The notes: generated by a model from the letters alone, not told the origin. Positions 1 to 10,803 are shown, numbered from the stretch's first letter. The stretch: 64,000 bases of DNA from Nitrospirota bacterium (GCA_963790025.1 CAWBMP010000005.1:544001-608000); one strand, 5' to 3'. Made by a program: numbers and translations.

Positions 1-1009
1 AAGCATCTTCAGGGCTTATCCATTTTTTCACCAGTAGTTCCATTATTGCATCGTCAAGGGTCTGCATGCCGTATTTCCTGCCGGTCTGCATTGAGGAGGG
101 AAGCTGATGGGTCTTGGACTCCCTTATAAGGTTGGATACCGCATATGTTACAACCAGTATTTCCAGAGCAGCGCACCGGCCTTTTTTATCAATCCGCCTG
201 AACAGGTTTTGCGCTACTACTCCTTTTAGTGACTCCGAGAGCGTTGTGCGGATTTGGGCCTGCTGGTTTGCGGGAAAGACATCAACGACCCTGTCCACGG
301 TCTTCGGCGCGCTCGTCGTGTGCAAGGTGCCGAAGACAAGATGACCGGTTGATGCCGCTTCGAGGGCCAGCTGAATGGTTTCAAGGTCTCTCATTTCACC
401 GACCAGGATAATGTCAGGGTCTTCGCGCAACGCACCCCTGAGAGCGGCGGCAAAAGATTTTGTATGGGTACCGATTTCGCGGTGGTTTACAACGCACCCT
501 TGGCTCTTGTGGACAAATTCGATGGGGTCTTCAACCGTTATAATGTGGTCTTTCCTCATCTTGTTGGCGTAGTCTATGATTGCAGCCAGCGTTGTGGATT
601 TTCCGCTTCCCGTAGGGCCTGTAACCAGTACCAGGCCTTTCTGCAGCAACGCAAACTTCTTGCAAACCGGCGGAAGCCCGAGCTGTTCAATGGTCAGTAT
701 GTCACTGGGGATTTCCCTAAATACGGCTGCAACACCGTATTTTTGACGGAAAAAATTGGCACGGTAGCGCGCCAGTGCGGGTATTTCATAGCCGAAGTCG
801 ACATCACCCGTCTCTTCAAATACCTTAACCTTCTCTTCCGGGGCGATCTCATAGAGCATGCCCTTAAGTTCGTCATTTTCCAGGACGTTATACTGCACTC
901 TCTCCATTTCCCCCCTGATCCGAAGTATAGGTTGGGACCCGGAGATGAGGTGCAGGTCAGAGGCGCCCTGTTCGTGCATGAGTTTGAAAAAAGCATCAAT
1001 TTTTGCCAC
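1..1009 (-). CDS. pilT: Type IV pilus retraction ATPase PilT (3' end outside window)
   Basis: Manual minus-strand translation from GTG 1009 (GGAG RBS): MAKIDAFFKLMHEQGASDLHL..., Walker A GLVLVTGPTGSGKSTT, LREDPDIILVGEMRD, AVSNLIRE motif. Confidence 0.93.
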   Translation of the reverse strand, partial: MAKIDAFFKLMHEQGASDLHLISGSQPILRIRGEMERVQYNVLENDELKGMLYEIAPEEKVKVFEETGDVDFGYEIPALARYRANFFRQKYGVAAVFREIPSDILTIEQLGLPPVCKKFALLQKGLVLVTGPTGSGKSTTLAAIIDYANKMRKDHIITVEDPIEFVHKSQGCVVNHREIGTHTKSFAAALRGALREDPDIILVGEMRDLETIQLALEAASTGHLVFGTLHTTSAPKTVDRVVDVFPANQQAQIRTTLSESLKGVVAQNLFRRIDKKGRCAALEILVVTYAVSNLIRESKTHQLPSSMQTGRKYGMQTLDDAIMELLVKKWISPEDA

Positions 1010-1100
1010 TACGCAGCTCCTGCATCAACGAATTTCAACACTGAAAACCATTGTCACTTATAGCAAACTGAAGAGGGCTTTGTCAAGAAAACACGAATTC

Positions 1101-1271
1101 GGGTAGTGGGCCAGTTTGTTTTTGCTCCGGCTCAAATAGTCTTTCGTTTCCGGACACTGGCATGTACTGAAGATTATCTGGCAGCCATTTCTCGATATGT
1201 GGGTCGGGCGTTACCTCCCCACTGTTGAGAACCCCGGTGATCCAGAGCAATAACAAACTGGCCTACTACCC
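1101..1271. mobile_element. MITE-like non-autonomous element with ~30-bp terminal inverted repeats, copy 1
   Basis: GGGTAGTGGGCCAGTTTGTT...AACAAACTGGCCTACTACCC, flanked on both sides by GAATTC (1095-1100, 1272-1277); second copy at 47568-47694. Confidence 0.8.
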
Positions 1272-1362
1272 GAATTCTCAATCTATTTCTCCATATTGTT
1301 ATTTTCCTGTTTTGCTGGAAGTAGGTTGCACAAATCGGGTGTAGTTGTTACTATAAAAGACC

Positions 1363-4038
1363 ATGGTTAATATTCTGAAAAAGATATTTGGAACGAAGAA
1401 TGAGAGGGAGCTTAAGAGGTATTTTACGGTCGTGGATGAAATCAACGTCTTTGAGCCCTCTATGGCAGCATTGAGCGACAGTCAAATTGCTGAAAAAACA
1501 GATGAATTCAGGCGCCGGCTGGAGAGCGGACAATCACTTGACGATATTCTGAAAGAGGCCTTTGCAACTGTCAGGGAAGTATCGAAGCGCCTTTTGAATA
1601 TGAGACACTTCGATGTTCAGCTTATCGGCGGTATGGTCCTCCATGAGGGCAAGATCGCCGAAATGAAGACCGGAGAGGGAAAGACCCTTGTCGCCACGTT
1701 GCCCGTGTACTTGAATGCCCTTGAGGGCAGAGGCGTACATGTCGTAACGGTCAATGATTATCTTGCTAAAAGAGATGCCCAGTGGATGGGGACTATCTAC
1801 CATGCCCTTGGCCTCTCCGTGGGTGTCATCCAGAACGAAGGTTCTTTCCTGTTCGACACCACATACCTCTCTCATGATAAAAGACTTAACAACTTGAGGC
1901 CATCTACACGGAAAGAAGCCTATTCCGCCGATGTCACATACGGCACTAATAACGAATTCGGCTTTGATTATCTCAGGGACAATATGAAATACGACTTTGC
2001 CGACTACAGCCAGAGGGAGCTGAACTACGCAATCGTGGACGAGGTGGACAGCATTCTCATCGATGAAGCGAGGACACCCCTCATCATATCGGGACCCTCT
2101 GAGGAGTCCACCGATAAATATTATAAACTGAACCGTATTGTCCCCAGTCTCAAGACGGAAGATGATTTCAAAATTGACGAAAAGCTGAAGACCGTTATTC
2201 TTACCGAATCGGGCAACTCGAAGGTCGAAAGGATGCTTGGAGTCAGCAACCTTTATGACCCGTCGAATATTGAACTGGTCCATCACGCACTGCAGGCGCT
2301 AAGGGCCCATCACCTTTTCAAGAGAGACGTCGAGTATGTCGTGAAAGACGGCGAGGTGATTATAGTTGACGAATTTACCGGCAGGATCATGCCAGGAAGA
2401 CGGTGGAGCGACGGACTGCACCAGGCCATTGAGGCCAAGGAGGGTGTGAAGATAGCCAGCGAGAACCAGACCCTCGCGACTATTACCTTCCAGAATTTCT
2501 TCAGAATGTATAACAAACTTGCAGGCATGACCGGTACGGCTGACACGGAGGCATCGGAATTTGCCGAGATATATAATCTCGAAGTCGTGGTGATCCCTAC
2601 AAACAGGACGTTAATAAGACCCGACTTCCCTGACATGATTTACAAGACCCATAGAGCTAAATTCAATGCGGTGATACAGGAGATAGAGGAGTGCCACAAG
2701 AACGGGCAGCCGGCGCTTGTTGGTACCACATCGATAGAGAAGTCGGAGGTGCTGAGTAATCTATTAAAGAAAAAAAGTATTAAGCATTCGGTGCTCAACG
2801 CCAAACACCATGAGATGGAAGCTGAAATTGTGGCGCAGGCCGGCAGGGTTGGCGCGGTGACTATTGCCACGAACATGGCCGGCAGGGGGACCGATATCAT
2901 ACTTGGCGGCAATCCCGACGGACTTGCGCGGGAAGTCCTGAAGAACAAACCTGATTATACTGAAGAAGATTTCACCGCAGCCGTACAAAAGGCAAAGACT
3001 ATTTGCGAACAGGAGAAGCGCGACGTTATCGCCGCAGGCGGGCTGCATATAATCGGTACCGAACGTCATGAGGCGCGGCGAATCGACAACCAGCTCAGGG
3101 GCAGGTCGGGAAGGCAGGGAGATCCCGGGTCCTCTCGGTTTTACCTTTCTCTTGAGGATGATCTCATGAGAATTTTCGGTTCTGACAGGATAAGCGGGCT
3201 GATGAACCTGCTGAAAATGGAAGAAGATGTTCCCATCGAAAACAAGATGGTGACTAAGGCAATAGAGAATTCCCAGAAAAGGGTGGAGGCGCATAACTTT
3301 GATATAAGAAAGCACCTGCTTGAATATGACGATGTAATGAACAAGCAGCGCAAGGAAATCTATTCGTTCAGACTCGAGGTCTTGCAGAACAAGTCAATGA
3401 AGGACAGGATACTCGAAATGGTGGATGACGAGGTGGACTCCCTCTTGTCGGTTTTCTGCCCCGAGAACGTCAGCCCCGAAGAGTGGGACTATAAGGGACT
3501 GAAAGACTCGCTTTACGGGACTTTTTCCATAAACTTCAAGCCGGATCCGTCGCTTACGGGAAATGAACTCAGTGACAGGATCGGCACAGCGGTGAAAGAA
3601 AAGTATGAAAGCAAGGAAAAGGAGGCCGGTCCCGAACTCATGCGCTATATGGAGAAGATGATTCTCCTGCAGGTGATCGACACCCAGTGGAAAGACCACC
3701 TGCTCGGTATAGACCACATCAAAGAGGGTATAGGGCTGCGTGGGTATGCTCAAAAAGACCCTCTCGTGGAATACAAGAAAGAGGCCTTTGATCTATTCGC
3801 CGATATGTCGCAGCGCATAAGCAGCGAAGTTCTCATGCGGCTTTTCAGAATGCAGGTGAAACACGAGGGCGAAGCAGAGATAAAAGAGCAGCCCCGGCCG
3901 GAGCAGCTTGTGTATAACCGCGGAGACGGGGAGGGTGCACGTCAGCCGGTGCATAAGGATAAAAAGGTCGGAAGAAACGATCCATGCCCTTGTGGGAGCG
4001 GCAAGAAATACAAGAAATGCTGCGGCGCCCCAAAATAA
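1363..4038 (+). CDS. secA: Preprotein translocase ATPase SecA
   Basis: [38 protein letters not shown]-terminal SEC-C motif [19 protein letters not shown]. Confidence 0.99.
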   Translation: MVNILKKIFGTKNERELKRYFTVVDEINVFEPSMAALSDSQIAEKTDEFRRRLESGQSLDDILKEAFATVREVSKRLLNMRHFDVQLIGGMVLHEGKIAEMKTGEGKTLVATLPVYLNALEGRGVHVVTVNDYLAKRDAQWMGTIYHALGLSVGVIQNEGSFLFDTTYLSHDKRLNNLRPSTRKEAYSADVTYGTNNEFGFDYLRDNMKYDFADYSQRELNYAIVDEVDSILIDEARTPLIISGPSEESTDKYYKLNRIVPSLKTEDDFKIDEKLKTVILTESGNSKVERMLGVSNLYDPSNIELVHHALQALRAHHLFKRDVEYVVKDGEVIIVDEFTGRIMPGRRWSDGLHQAIEAKEGVKIASENQTLATITFQNFFRMYNKLAGMTGTADTEASEFAEIYNLEVVVIPTNRTLIRPDFPDMIYKTHRAKFNAVIQEIEECHKNGQPALVGTTSIEKSEVLSNLLKKKSIKHSVLNAKHHEMEAEIVAQAGRVGAVTIATNMAGRGTDIILGGNPDGLAREVLKNKPDYTEEDFTAAVQKAKTICEQEKRDVIAAGGLHIIGTERHEARRIDNQLRGRSGRQGDPGSSRFYLSLEDDLMRIFGSDRISGLMNLLKMEEDVPIENKMVTKAIENSQKRVEAHNFDIRKHLLEYDDVMNKQRKEIYSFRLEVLQNKSMKDRILEMVDDEVDSLLSVFCPENVSPEEWDYKGLKDSLYGTFSINFKPDPSLTGNELSDRIGTAVKEKYESKEKEAGPELMRYMEKMILLQVIDTQWKDHLLGIDHIKEGIGLRGYAQKDPLVEYKKEAFDLFADMSQRISSEVLMRLFRMQVKHEGEAEIKEQPRPEQLVYNRGDGEGARQPVHKDKKVGRNDPCPCGSGKKYKKCCGAPK

Positions 4039-4041
4039 AAT

Positions 4042-4161
4042 AGCGCACTGCGTTTAGCGTACTGCGTGAGCGGCAAAGATATTAAATAAAAAAACTTACG
4101 ACCAATATCCACATATTATTAATACGTCTTTTCTTTTACGCAGTACGCTAAACGCAGTACT
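4042..4161. repeat. Inverted pair of 7-nt tandem repeats (AGCGTAC/TGCGTTT type)
   Basis: Perfect 21-bp inverted repeat ACTGCGTTTAGCGTACTGCGT (4047-4067 / 4138-4158) around an AT-rich 70-nt loop. Confidence 0.85.
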
Positions 4162-4179
4162 CATTAATGAGAGGTCGGA

Positions 4180-5832
4180 ATGGCCGGAGAGAATACAAAG
4201 ATTGTATACGTCATAGGACACACGAATCCCGATACCGATTCTGTTTGTTCGGCCATAGGCTATTCGCATTTCAAGAACGTAACTGACAAACGTTTTCTTT
4301 TTACTCCTGCACGGGCCGGTGCCGTCAATGAAGAGACGCGCTTTGTGCTCGAACGATTCGGCGTTCCTGTTCCTAATGAAATAGCGAGTATGACGGCAAC
4401 AGTCAGCGACCTCGAACTGAAGCGGCCCATTACCATACATGAGCGTGAATCAGTGCGGGCTCTTGCTCTTATGATGCGGCAAGAAGGGGTGCGGTCGGTG
4501 CCGGTTGTCGATGACAGCGGACGCCTTTCGGGGGTCGTGGGACTGAAAGATATCGCCCGTCATTATATGGACAGCGTCGGGTTCAACGATATATCGCAGA
4601 CACCCATAAACCTGGATATCCTGGTAAAGACACTCGACGGACACGTGATCAGCAATGCCAATAAAACCGGTCACCTTGTCGGGAGAATCATCGTCGCTAC
4701 TATGCAAAAAGGGACGATTATAAACAAGGTGCGGCCCGGTGACGTTGTTATCATAGGAGATCAGCATGACATACAACTGGAGGTAGTGCGCTCCGGCTGC
4801 TCCGCGCTTATAGTGGTAGAAGGGATGCCCATAGGAAATGATGTTTTGGCCGTAGCGGGCGAGAAGGGCACGCTGGTGATCTCATCTCCTCATCCGGCAT
4901 TTGCGACTGTGCAGCTAATGTCCATGTCGGAGCCGGTAGCATCAATTATGTCAGCTAACAATCCAACAGTCGGGTTATACACGCCAATTGCTGATCTTAG
5001 ATCAAAGCTCCTCGAATCCGAGTACCGCTCTGCGGCTGTGGTGGACAGTGACAGCAGGCTGATAGGGTTTATTACAAGAACGGACTTGCTTGGCCCTGTC
5101 AGGAAAAAGGTCATTCTTGTGGACCATAATGAAATTTCTCAGGCTGTCGACGGTGTCGAGGAGGCCGAAATCCTGGAGATTATAGACCATCACCGTGTCG
5201 GTGATATATCCACTGTGGCGCCCATTTACGTATACAACGATCCTGTAGGGAGCACGTGCTCGGTAGTAGCTGGGGTAATGTTTCTCTACCAGGTCGACAT
5301 CCCCAAGGAAATTGCAGGTGTGCTTCTGTCCGGAGTGCTCTCGGATACCCTGCTTCTGACTCTTTCCACAACGACGGAGCGCGACCGTCTGGCCGCTGCG
5401 CGGCTTGCCGGACTTGCAGGCGTTTCGCTTGAAGAATACGGAAGAGAACTTCTTCATGCCGGCATAAATACACGGGGTAAATCGGCGGCGGCACTAATAT
5501 CAGCGGACTTCAAGGAGTTTATGATAAACGGCCGGAAACTTGGGGTCAGTCAGACCATGGTGCTTGACTGCGAGGAGATCGATCTGAGAGAGGAAGAACT
5601 TCTTGACGAACTGGAAAGGCTGAGGGTTGAAAACAACTATTATATGACTGCCCTTCTTGTAATGAACCCGCTTGTCGCGACATATGAGCGTGTGTTCGTC
5701 AGGGGCGAGGCCTGGGTGGTGGAAAAGGCATTTAGTGTGAAGGTAAGTGAAGGAACATGCAGATTGCCTCGTGTCCTTTCGAGAAAAAAGGACTTTATCC
5801 CCGCAATCGGACAGGCGCTCACAATGAGCTAG
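4180..5832 (+). CDS. ppaC: Family II Mn-dependent inorganic pyrophosphatase with CBS-DRTGG-CBS insert
   Basis: GHTNPDTDS, LVDHNE, IIDHH, C-terminal SRKK; CBS and DRTGG insertion. Confidence 0.92.
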   Translation: MAGENTKIVYVIGHTNPDTDSVCSAIGYSHFKNVTDKRFLFTPARAGAVNEETRFVLERFGVPVPNEIASMTATVSDLELKRPITIHERESVRALALMMRQEGVRSVPVVDDSGRLSGVVGLKDIARHYMDSVGFNDISQTPINLDILVKTLDGHVISNANKTGHLVGRIIVATMQKGTIINKVRPGDVVIIGDQHDIQLEVVRSGCSALIVVEGMPIGNDVLAVAGEKGTLVISSPHPAFATVQLMSMSEPVASIMSANNPTVGLYTPIADLRSKLLESEYRSAAVVDSDSRLIGFITRTDLLGPVRKKVILVDHNEISQAVDGVEEAEILEIIDHHRVGDISTVAPIYVYNDPVGSTCSVVAGVMFLYQVDIPKEIAGVLLSGVLSDTLLLTLSTTTERDRLAAARLAGLAGVSLEEYGRELLHAGINTRGKSAAALISADFKEFMINGRKLGVSQTMVLDCEEIDLREEELLDELERLRVENNYYMTALLVMNPLVATYERVFVRGEAWVVEKAFSVKVSEGTCRLPRVLSRKKDFIPAIGQALTMS

Positions 5833-5922
5833 TCTGCCGCCTGCTATAGTTTCTTGCAAAAGTGACGATTATATATATATAATCTAAACGCGTTGTAAAG
5901 CAATTACCAGGGGGTGTGCTCT

Positions 5923-6888
5923 ATGGCTCAGAGTGCTGGTTCTGTACCGGACGTCCTGAAGGTTGGAACGAATGAAATGGAGCTTGTTGTCTTCAGAATG
6001 TTCAGTTCACATCCTGATGGAACTCCCGAAATTCTTGACTATGGGGTCAATGTTGCAAAGGTAAGGGAGATAATTCCTATGCCGACCTTGACGAAGGTAC
6101 CCGATATGCCTGCCTACGCAGAGGCCCTTGCACAGGTGCGCGGCGAAGTGATCCCCATTGTCGACCTCGGGAAATGGATGAAAGTGAATCCGCCCGCAAG
6201 CATGGATATAAGGCTAAAAGTGATTGTGCTCGAGATGCTCGGCACCACCGTAGGGATGATCGTTCACGAGGTAGAGCGCATACGCAGAATTAAGTGGGAC
6301 CAGATAAAGCCCCCCCCGGCGCTGCTGCAGGCAAAGCACAGCGGAAGGGTCACCGGCGTGACGAAAATAGATGATGAAAGCGACTCGCTGCTGCTCATCC
6401 TGGACCTCGAGAGCGTTATTTCGGAAATGGGCGGGCTTGTCACAAAGCAGGAGATAGCACTGGAAGAGATAGAGAGAATTGACAAGAAAAAGCTGAAGGG
6501 CACCGTGCTTATAGCAGATGACTCCTCTGTTGCCAGAAAAGTGCTCAAAGACATGCTTGAAAACGCAGGTCTTCGCATTATAGAGGCGGTTGACGGCAAG
6601 CAGGCCCTCCAGATACTCAATGACTTTCTGTCGAAGATCGGGGACCAGCCTCTTACGGACTTTGTCCAGTTGATTATCTCTGATGTGGAAATGCCCGAGA
6701 TGGACGGACTTACTTTTACCAAGAATGTAAAAAATAATCCCAAACTGCAAATAGTGCCGGTTATTGTCAATACTTCCCTGAGCGGAGAAGAGAACAAAGA
6801 AAAAGCCAAGGGGGTAGGGGCGGATGGTTACCTTGTAAAATTTGATGTCGGCAAGCTTCTGCACGAGGTATCAAGATTTTTGAAGTAG
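5923..6888 (+). CDS. cheV: Chemotaxis protein CheV (CheW + receiver)
   Basis: N-terminal CheW domain (YGVNVAKVREII), C-terminal receiver (IADDS, SDVEMPEMDG). Confidence 0.93.
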   Translation: MAQSAGSVPDVLKVGTNEMELVVFRMFSSHPDGTPEILDYGVNVAKVREIIPMPTLTKVPDMPAYAEALAQVRGEVIPIVDLGKWMKVNPPASMDIRLKVIVLEMLGTTVGMIVHEVERIRRIKWDQIKPPPALLQAKHSGRVTGVTKIDDESDSLLLILDLESVISEMGGLVTKQEIALEEIERIDKKKLKGTVLIADDSSVARKVLKDMLENAGLRIIEAVDGKQALQILNDFLSKIGDQPLTDFVQLIISDVEMPEMDGLTFTKNVKNNPKLQIVPVIVNTSLSGEENKEKAKGVGADGYLVKFDVGKLLHEVSRFLK

Positions 6889-6892
6889 ACAG

Positions 6893-6923
6893 AGGACTGC
6901 GCACTAGTAAGTTGTGCAGTCCC
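6893..6923. terminator. Hairpin between convergent genes, likely bidirectional terminator
   Basis: GGACTGCGCA-loop-TGTGCAGTCC between cheV and the activator gene. Confidence 0.55.
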
Positions 6924-6928
6924 TTGAA

Positions 6929-7681
6929 CTATCCCGGGCCGTCCGCCGCATAGAGTGCCGCACCCAGCGCGCCGAGCAGATCCGGATGTTCATTCACCCG
7001 GAGGCTGCACTGCAGGCGGGCTTCCATCATTTTAACCAGACACTGATTCCTTGCGCACCCACCGGCAAATACTATGTCTTCATTGATTCCGATCCTTTTT
7101 ATCAGTGAAGTGACCTTGCTCACTATCGAGCCGTGTACTGCATTTGCTATTGTTTCCCTTTTTTCCCCCCTCGCAATGAGGCTTATGACCTCCGATTCCG
7201 CAAAGACTGTACACATGCTGTTAATCCTGATACCGTCATTCATGCCGTCGCATCCCGAGCCGAAGTTTTCCAAATTGTAACCAAGGGCAATCGCCATAAC
7301 TTCAAGAAATTTCCCGGTACCGGCCGCACAGCGGTCATTCATTTCAAAACTGCCCACAGCGCCAAGCTTATTGAGACTTATAGCCTTGGTATCCTGGCCG
7401 CCTATGTCTATAATTGTCCGGCATGCCGGGAATATCTCTTTGGCCCCCCTAGCCACCGCCTTTATTTCCGTAATAGTCCTGACGCTGCCGTGTACTTCAA
7501 GCAGATACCTCCCGTAACCCGTGGCAACAAGCTGTTGTGGTCTGGCGCTGTTGATCAAATCCTGGCATATTGCAAGGGGGGCATGACCGGTCTCCACTTT
7601 TTGAAATGACAGAAGTTCGTTATCTTCAATCAGGACAAATTTTATATAGCGTGAACCGATATCGATGCCCCCTGTTTTCAA
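6929..7681 (-). CDS. ASKHA-type [4Fe-4S] ATPase activator (HgdC / DCCP-R family)
   Basis: GIDIGS, ATGYGR, IIDIGGQDTK, MNDRCAAGTG, CTVFAESEVIS; likely TTG start 7681 (ORF track starts 7708). Confidence 0.9.
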   Translation of the reverse strand: MKTGGIDIGSRYIKFVLIEDNELLSFQKVETGHAPLAICQDLINSARPQQLVATGYGRYLLEVHGSVRTITEIKAVARGAKEIFPACRTIIDIGGQDTKAISLNKLGAVGSFEMNDRCAAGTGKFLEVMAIALGYNLENFGSGCDGMNDGIRINSMCTVFAESEVISLIARGEKRETIANAVHGSIVSKVTSLIKRIGINEDIVFAGGCARNQCLVKMMEARLQCSLRVNEHPDLLGALGAALYAADGPG

Positions 7682-7685
7682 GGCC

Positions 7686-8975
7686 TTACACTTCCGGCAA
7701 TGTTTCAAGAAATGCTTCGATTCTGGTCTTCAACTGCCCCATGTCTTCCATGCTGTAGTCGGTCTCCATTCTGAGAAAAGGGATCCCTTTGGCTTCCACC
7801 GCTTTTTTAGCCCTGTATGCCTCAACCATATAGGGGGTGCAGAACTGAAGAGCGTAATGAATGACGCCATCTGCCTTCAGTCTGTCCGCCATGTCTGTAA
7901 TATTTGTCATACGTTCGTTATTGGGAGTAAAGCAGGCGCAGTCTATTGTCATGTACCTGGCAGCCATTTTTTCAACTGCATCCTCCATAGAAGAAAAGTT
8001 ATTATCGAGAAGTGTCCTGAAGTTTCTCTCTCCCACGCAGGATTCCTCGCCGACTACAGTGGCCCCGCTTCCTTCGATAATTGCGTGTAATTTCCAGTTG
8101 GGGATTGCCATAGGGGAGCCGGAAATGAGTATTCGCGGACTGCCCTTGGATAATATACCGACCCCCGATTTGACTCTACTTGACAGTTCGTCGCACAGTT
8201 CATTGACCTTGGCCGTAAACCGGACAGGGTCATCATAAAATGAGACCTGGTTCACTAGAAGTGCATCGAGCCCTGATATGGGAGATGGATCAGCGGCCCT
8301 CAGGGACGAAAGTCTTTGAAGGGCCTTTCTCTTTTCATTGACGATGTTTGACGCGGCCTTTAATTTGTCCACGGTTATTTGTTTGCCTGTCAACTCCTCA
8401 AGTTTTTCGGCAAATCGTCTTACCTCATTCTTCCAAAGTCTTCTTCCGTCTTCACCCTTCATATTAGGTATTTCCATTACATACATCTTCCCGGTAATTT
8501 CATCAAAAATCTCGTAGGCCTTTTTTTTCCCGTCACACGTAGTTTCTCCCACTATAAGATCGGTTGTCTGGATATAAGGGCAAAGGCCGGCCAGTTTAAA
8601 GCCCATAAATCCTTTTATGAGCGCACAGGTGTTTCTCGGTATGTATTTTTCAGCCTCATCCGACCCGACGTCTGCACCTGCACAAAGGCCGATACACACC
8701 CCGTCTACGGCAAGTATCAGCTCTTCAGGCACATACAAACAAAAGGTCCCGATCACCTTGCTGCCTTTTTCCTTTGCATTGACTATCTCTTCAATCCTCA
8801 AACCGTGAACTTCCGAAATAACGAAATCAAAATAACCCATTCCCTGAGGGCGGTTTTTTTGCGAAAGGTAAATGCCCTTGTAAGCATCGGTAAGCACCGA
8901 TAGCAAGCCGTTGTGAGCTTCAAGATTGATTCCCAGGCCGCTCCACATGTCTGCGTAGTTTTTTGTCATAATCAC
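7686..8975 (-). CDS. Double-cubane cluster protein / 2-hydroxyacyl-CoA dehydratase family reductase
   Basis: GTFCLYVPEE, GLCAG, NTCALIK, CPY, ETTCDGKKK, EESC, DCACFTPN, LQFC, ETDYS; single subunit next to its activator. Confidence 0.85.
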   Translation of the reverse strand: MIMTKNYADMWSGLGINLEAHNGLLSVLTDAYKGIYLSQKNRPQGMGYFDFVISEVHGLRIEEIVNAKEKGSKVIGTFCLYVPEELILAVDGVCIGLCAGADVGSDEAEKYIPRNTCALIKGFMGFKLAGLCPYIQTTDLIVGETTCDGKKKAYEIFDEITGKMYVMEIPNMKGEDGRRLWKNEVRRFAEKLEELTGKQITVDKLKAASNIVNEKRKALQRLSSLRAADPSPISGLDALLVNQVSFYDDPVRFTAKVNELCDELSSRVKSGVGILSKGSPRILISGSPMAIPNWKLHAIIEGSGATVVGEESCVGERNFRTLLDNNFSSMEDAVEKMAARYMTIDCACFTPNNERMTNITDMADRLKADGVIHYALQFCTPYMVEAYRAKKAVEAKGIPFLRMETDYSMEDMGQLKTRIEAFLETLPEV

Positions 8976-9148
8976 ATCCTCCTTTTGTTTTTTCCCCGTT
9001 ACCCTTCAATCATATATGTTAAATGGAGTTTATCTATTTGTAAAATAGATTGTTCCTATGACCAATATAAATTGCATAGATTTTTGATAAGGGGGGAGAT
9101 TTTCGATTGTGAAGACTGATTAGGACACTTCAGGAAACCAAATTATTA

Positions 9149-9213
9149 CTCAAATCCGGCGATAAAGGAGAGCACTTGAGCAGAAGAGGGACCTCCTTAT
9201 CGCCGGATTTGAG
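9149..9213. repeat. Long inverted repeat, terminator-like stem-loop
   Basis: CTCAAATCCGGCGATAA (9149-9165) pairs perfectly with TTATCGCCGGATTTGAG (9197-9213), just downstream of the 77-aa gene. Confidence 0.7.
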
Positions 9214-9214
9214 T

Positions 9215-9448
9215 TCAGCGGAGGTTTATCTTTCCGCCGCATACCTGTCCTCCAATGGACACAAGAATAAAAAGCGGAATAAAAAGATAACTGGTATGGG
9301 TAGTGATCCTGGCGACAATGATCATTGGGATCGGCATGTGAATGTATAAAAACCATTTAAACGAATACTTTTTGGTACTCTTTCTTATATAACCGAAAGG
9401 AAGATTCAGGATAAAGGCAAATGCCGCTATGATTATGACAGTCGACAT
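9215..9448 (-). CDS. Small hydrophobic membrane protein
   Basis: 77 aa, ATG start, NLPFGY..R..KYSFKWFLYIH.PIP, about three hydrophobic segments. Confidence 0.7.
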   Translation of the reverse strand: MSTVIIIAAFAFILNLPFGYIRKSTKKYSFKWFLYIHMPIPMIIVARITTHTSYLFIPLFILVSIGGQVCGGKINLR

Positions 9449-9474
9449 GGCTTAATAGTATAAAAAAAAGCATA

Positions 9475-9610
9475 GGCAAGGGGCAATAGCGTTCAACGTC
9501 AACGGCAAAAGACATTTAATAAGAAACTTGCGAGCAATAATCCGCACATTTTTAATATGTCTTTATTTTTACGCTGTGCGCTGAACACAGTACGCCTATT
9601 GCCTATTGCC
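9475..9610. repeat. Inverted pair of 7-nt tandem repeats (GGCAATA and GCGTTCA types)
   Basis: GGCAAGGGGCAATAGCGTTC on the left; CGCTGAACACAGTACGCCTATTGCCTATTGCC on the right. Confidence 0.65.
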
Positions 9611-9628
9611 CGATGTATTTAGTATGCT

Positions 9629-10786
9629 TTGTATAGTATGCGTACGCTTAATAGTGGAAAAACACCGCCTGTAAAGCGATTTTTGTATGCGGTTTTGTTC
9701 ATGCCTCTTGCTTTGCTGGTTGCCCTTTTTACAGTGATTGCGTCGCAGACGTATGCCGCTGACAATGCCCCGGGTCAGGCCGATAATCAATCAGGTAAGG
9801 AGCGAACGGCCACGCTGCGTGTGGGCAAGCACGCACATTACTTGCGGCTTGTTTTCGAGACGCCGGAAAACTATGTGCAACAGGCTTCTGTTGTTCTGAC
9901 AGGTGCTGATACAATTAAAGTCGATTTTCGGTCTCCGATAAATATCAGGGTCCCACAGAAAGGTGCGCCGAAGACGTTCGCTAAAATTGACCCTTCAAAA
10001 AACGGCACGGCTTACGAAATTGATAATGGCCTGAAAATAACGGTTAACGCAAGCGATTGTGTTATTTATGTCGACAACCTGGTCGACATAAACGTTGCCA
10101 AATTATCGTTGCCGTCGCGTCTTGTTATAGACGCATACATAAGTCGGTCTCCAGCCGACGGCGGCAAGAAGGATGCCGTGGAAGCCCCGGTTACCGATCC
10201 TGACGCCTCGGAAATCAAATTTGAATCCTTTGCAATTGATGCCGGCCACGGAGGATACGATAGCGGGATTCGTTTTGCAAAGACCACCGAAAAAGACCTT
10301 GCATTTTCTATTTCAAAAGAACTTGCCGGGGCCCTGGTTAAGAAGGGCAAAAAAGTTACTCTTACACGCAAGGGTGACCAGGTAGTATCGCTAAGGGACA
10401 GGGCCAGAATCGTCAACAGGAAATCACCGGATATTATGGTAAGCATTCATGTCTCGTCAAAAAATGAGTTTGTGGTATACAGTGTACGCGGTCCATATGC
10501 TAAAGTTACCGACGGTACGGGAACTGTTGCTGAAAAACCTGCCGGCAAGGACAGGAGCGAGGCCCTTGCGCAGGCAATTGGCCGGAGTGCCGCGAGAGCG
10601 CTTAAAATAAATGTTAGAATTGAAAAGATGCCGCTGCTGTTGCTATCATATGTACACGCGCCTGCTGTGTTGATCGAGCTGCCCAGTCCTGAAAAGTTCA
10701 GCTATGATGGAAAGTCCAGGGAAAGAATGATCGCCATAATTTTGCAAGGCATTGCGTACTCGTCGTCAGGCCAGGTGCAGGCATAA
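9629..10786 (+). CDS. N-acetylmuramoyl-L-alanine amidase (Amidase_3)
   Basis: Signal anchor, IDAGHGG, EKDL, SIH, AVLIE; start codon uncertain. Confidence 0.85.
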   Translation: MYSMRTLNSGKTPPVKRFLYAVLFMPLALLVALFTVIASQTYAADNAPGQADNQSGKERTATLRVGKHAHYLRLVFETPENYVQQASVVLTGADTIKVDFRSPINIRVPQKGAPKTFAKIDPSKNGTAYEIDNGLKITVNASDCVIYVDNLVDINVAKLSLPSRLVIDAYISRSPADGGKKDAVEAPVTDPDASEIKFESFAIDAGHGGYDSGIRFAKTTEKDLAFSISKELAGALVKKGKKVTLTRKGDQVVSLRDRARIVNRKSPDIMVSIHVSSKNEFVVYSVRGPYAKVTDGTGTVAEKPAGKDRSEALAQAIGRSAARALKINVRIEKMPLLLLSYVHAPAVLIELPSPEKFSYDGKSRERMIAIILQGIAYSSSGQVQA

Positions 10787-10803
10787 GATATCGGAGGCCG
10801 GCA

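Noticed and set aside
464..1063. 199-aa plus-strand ORF
   Set aside because: Antisense shadow of pilT, which the ORF track omits because it runs off the window.
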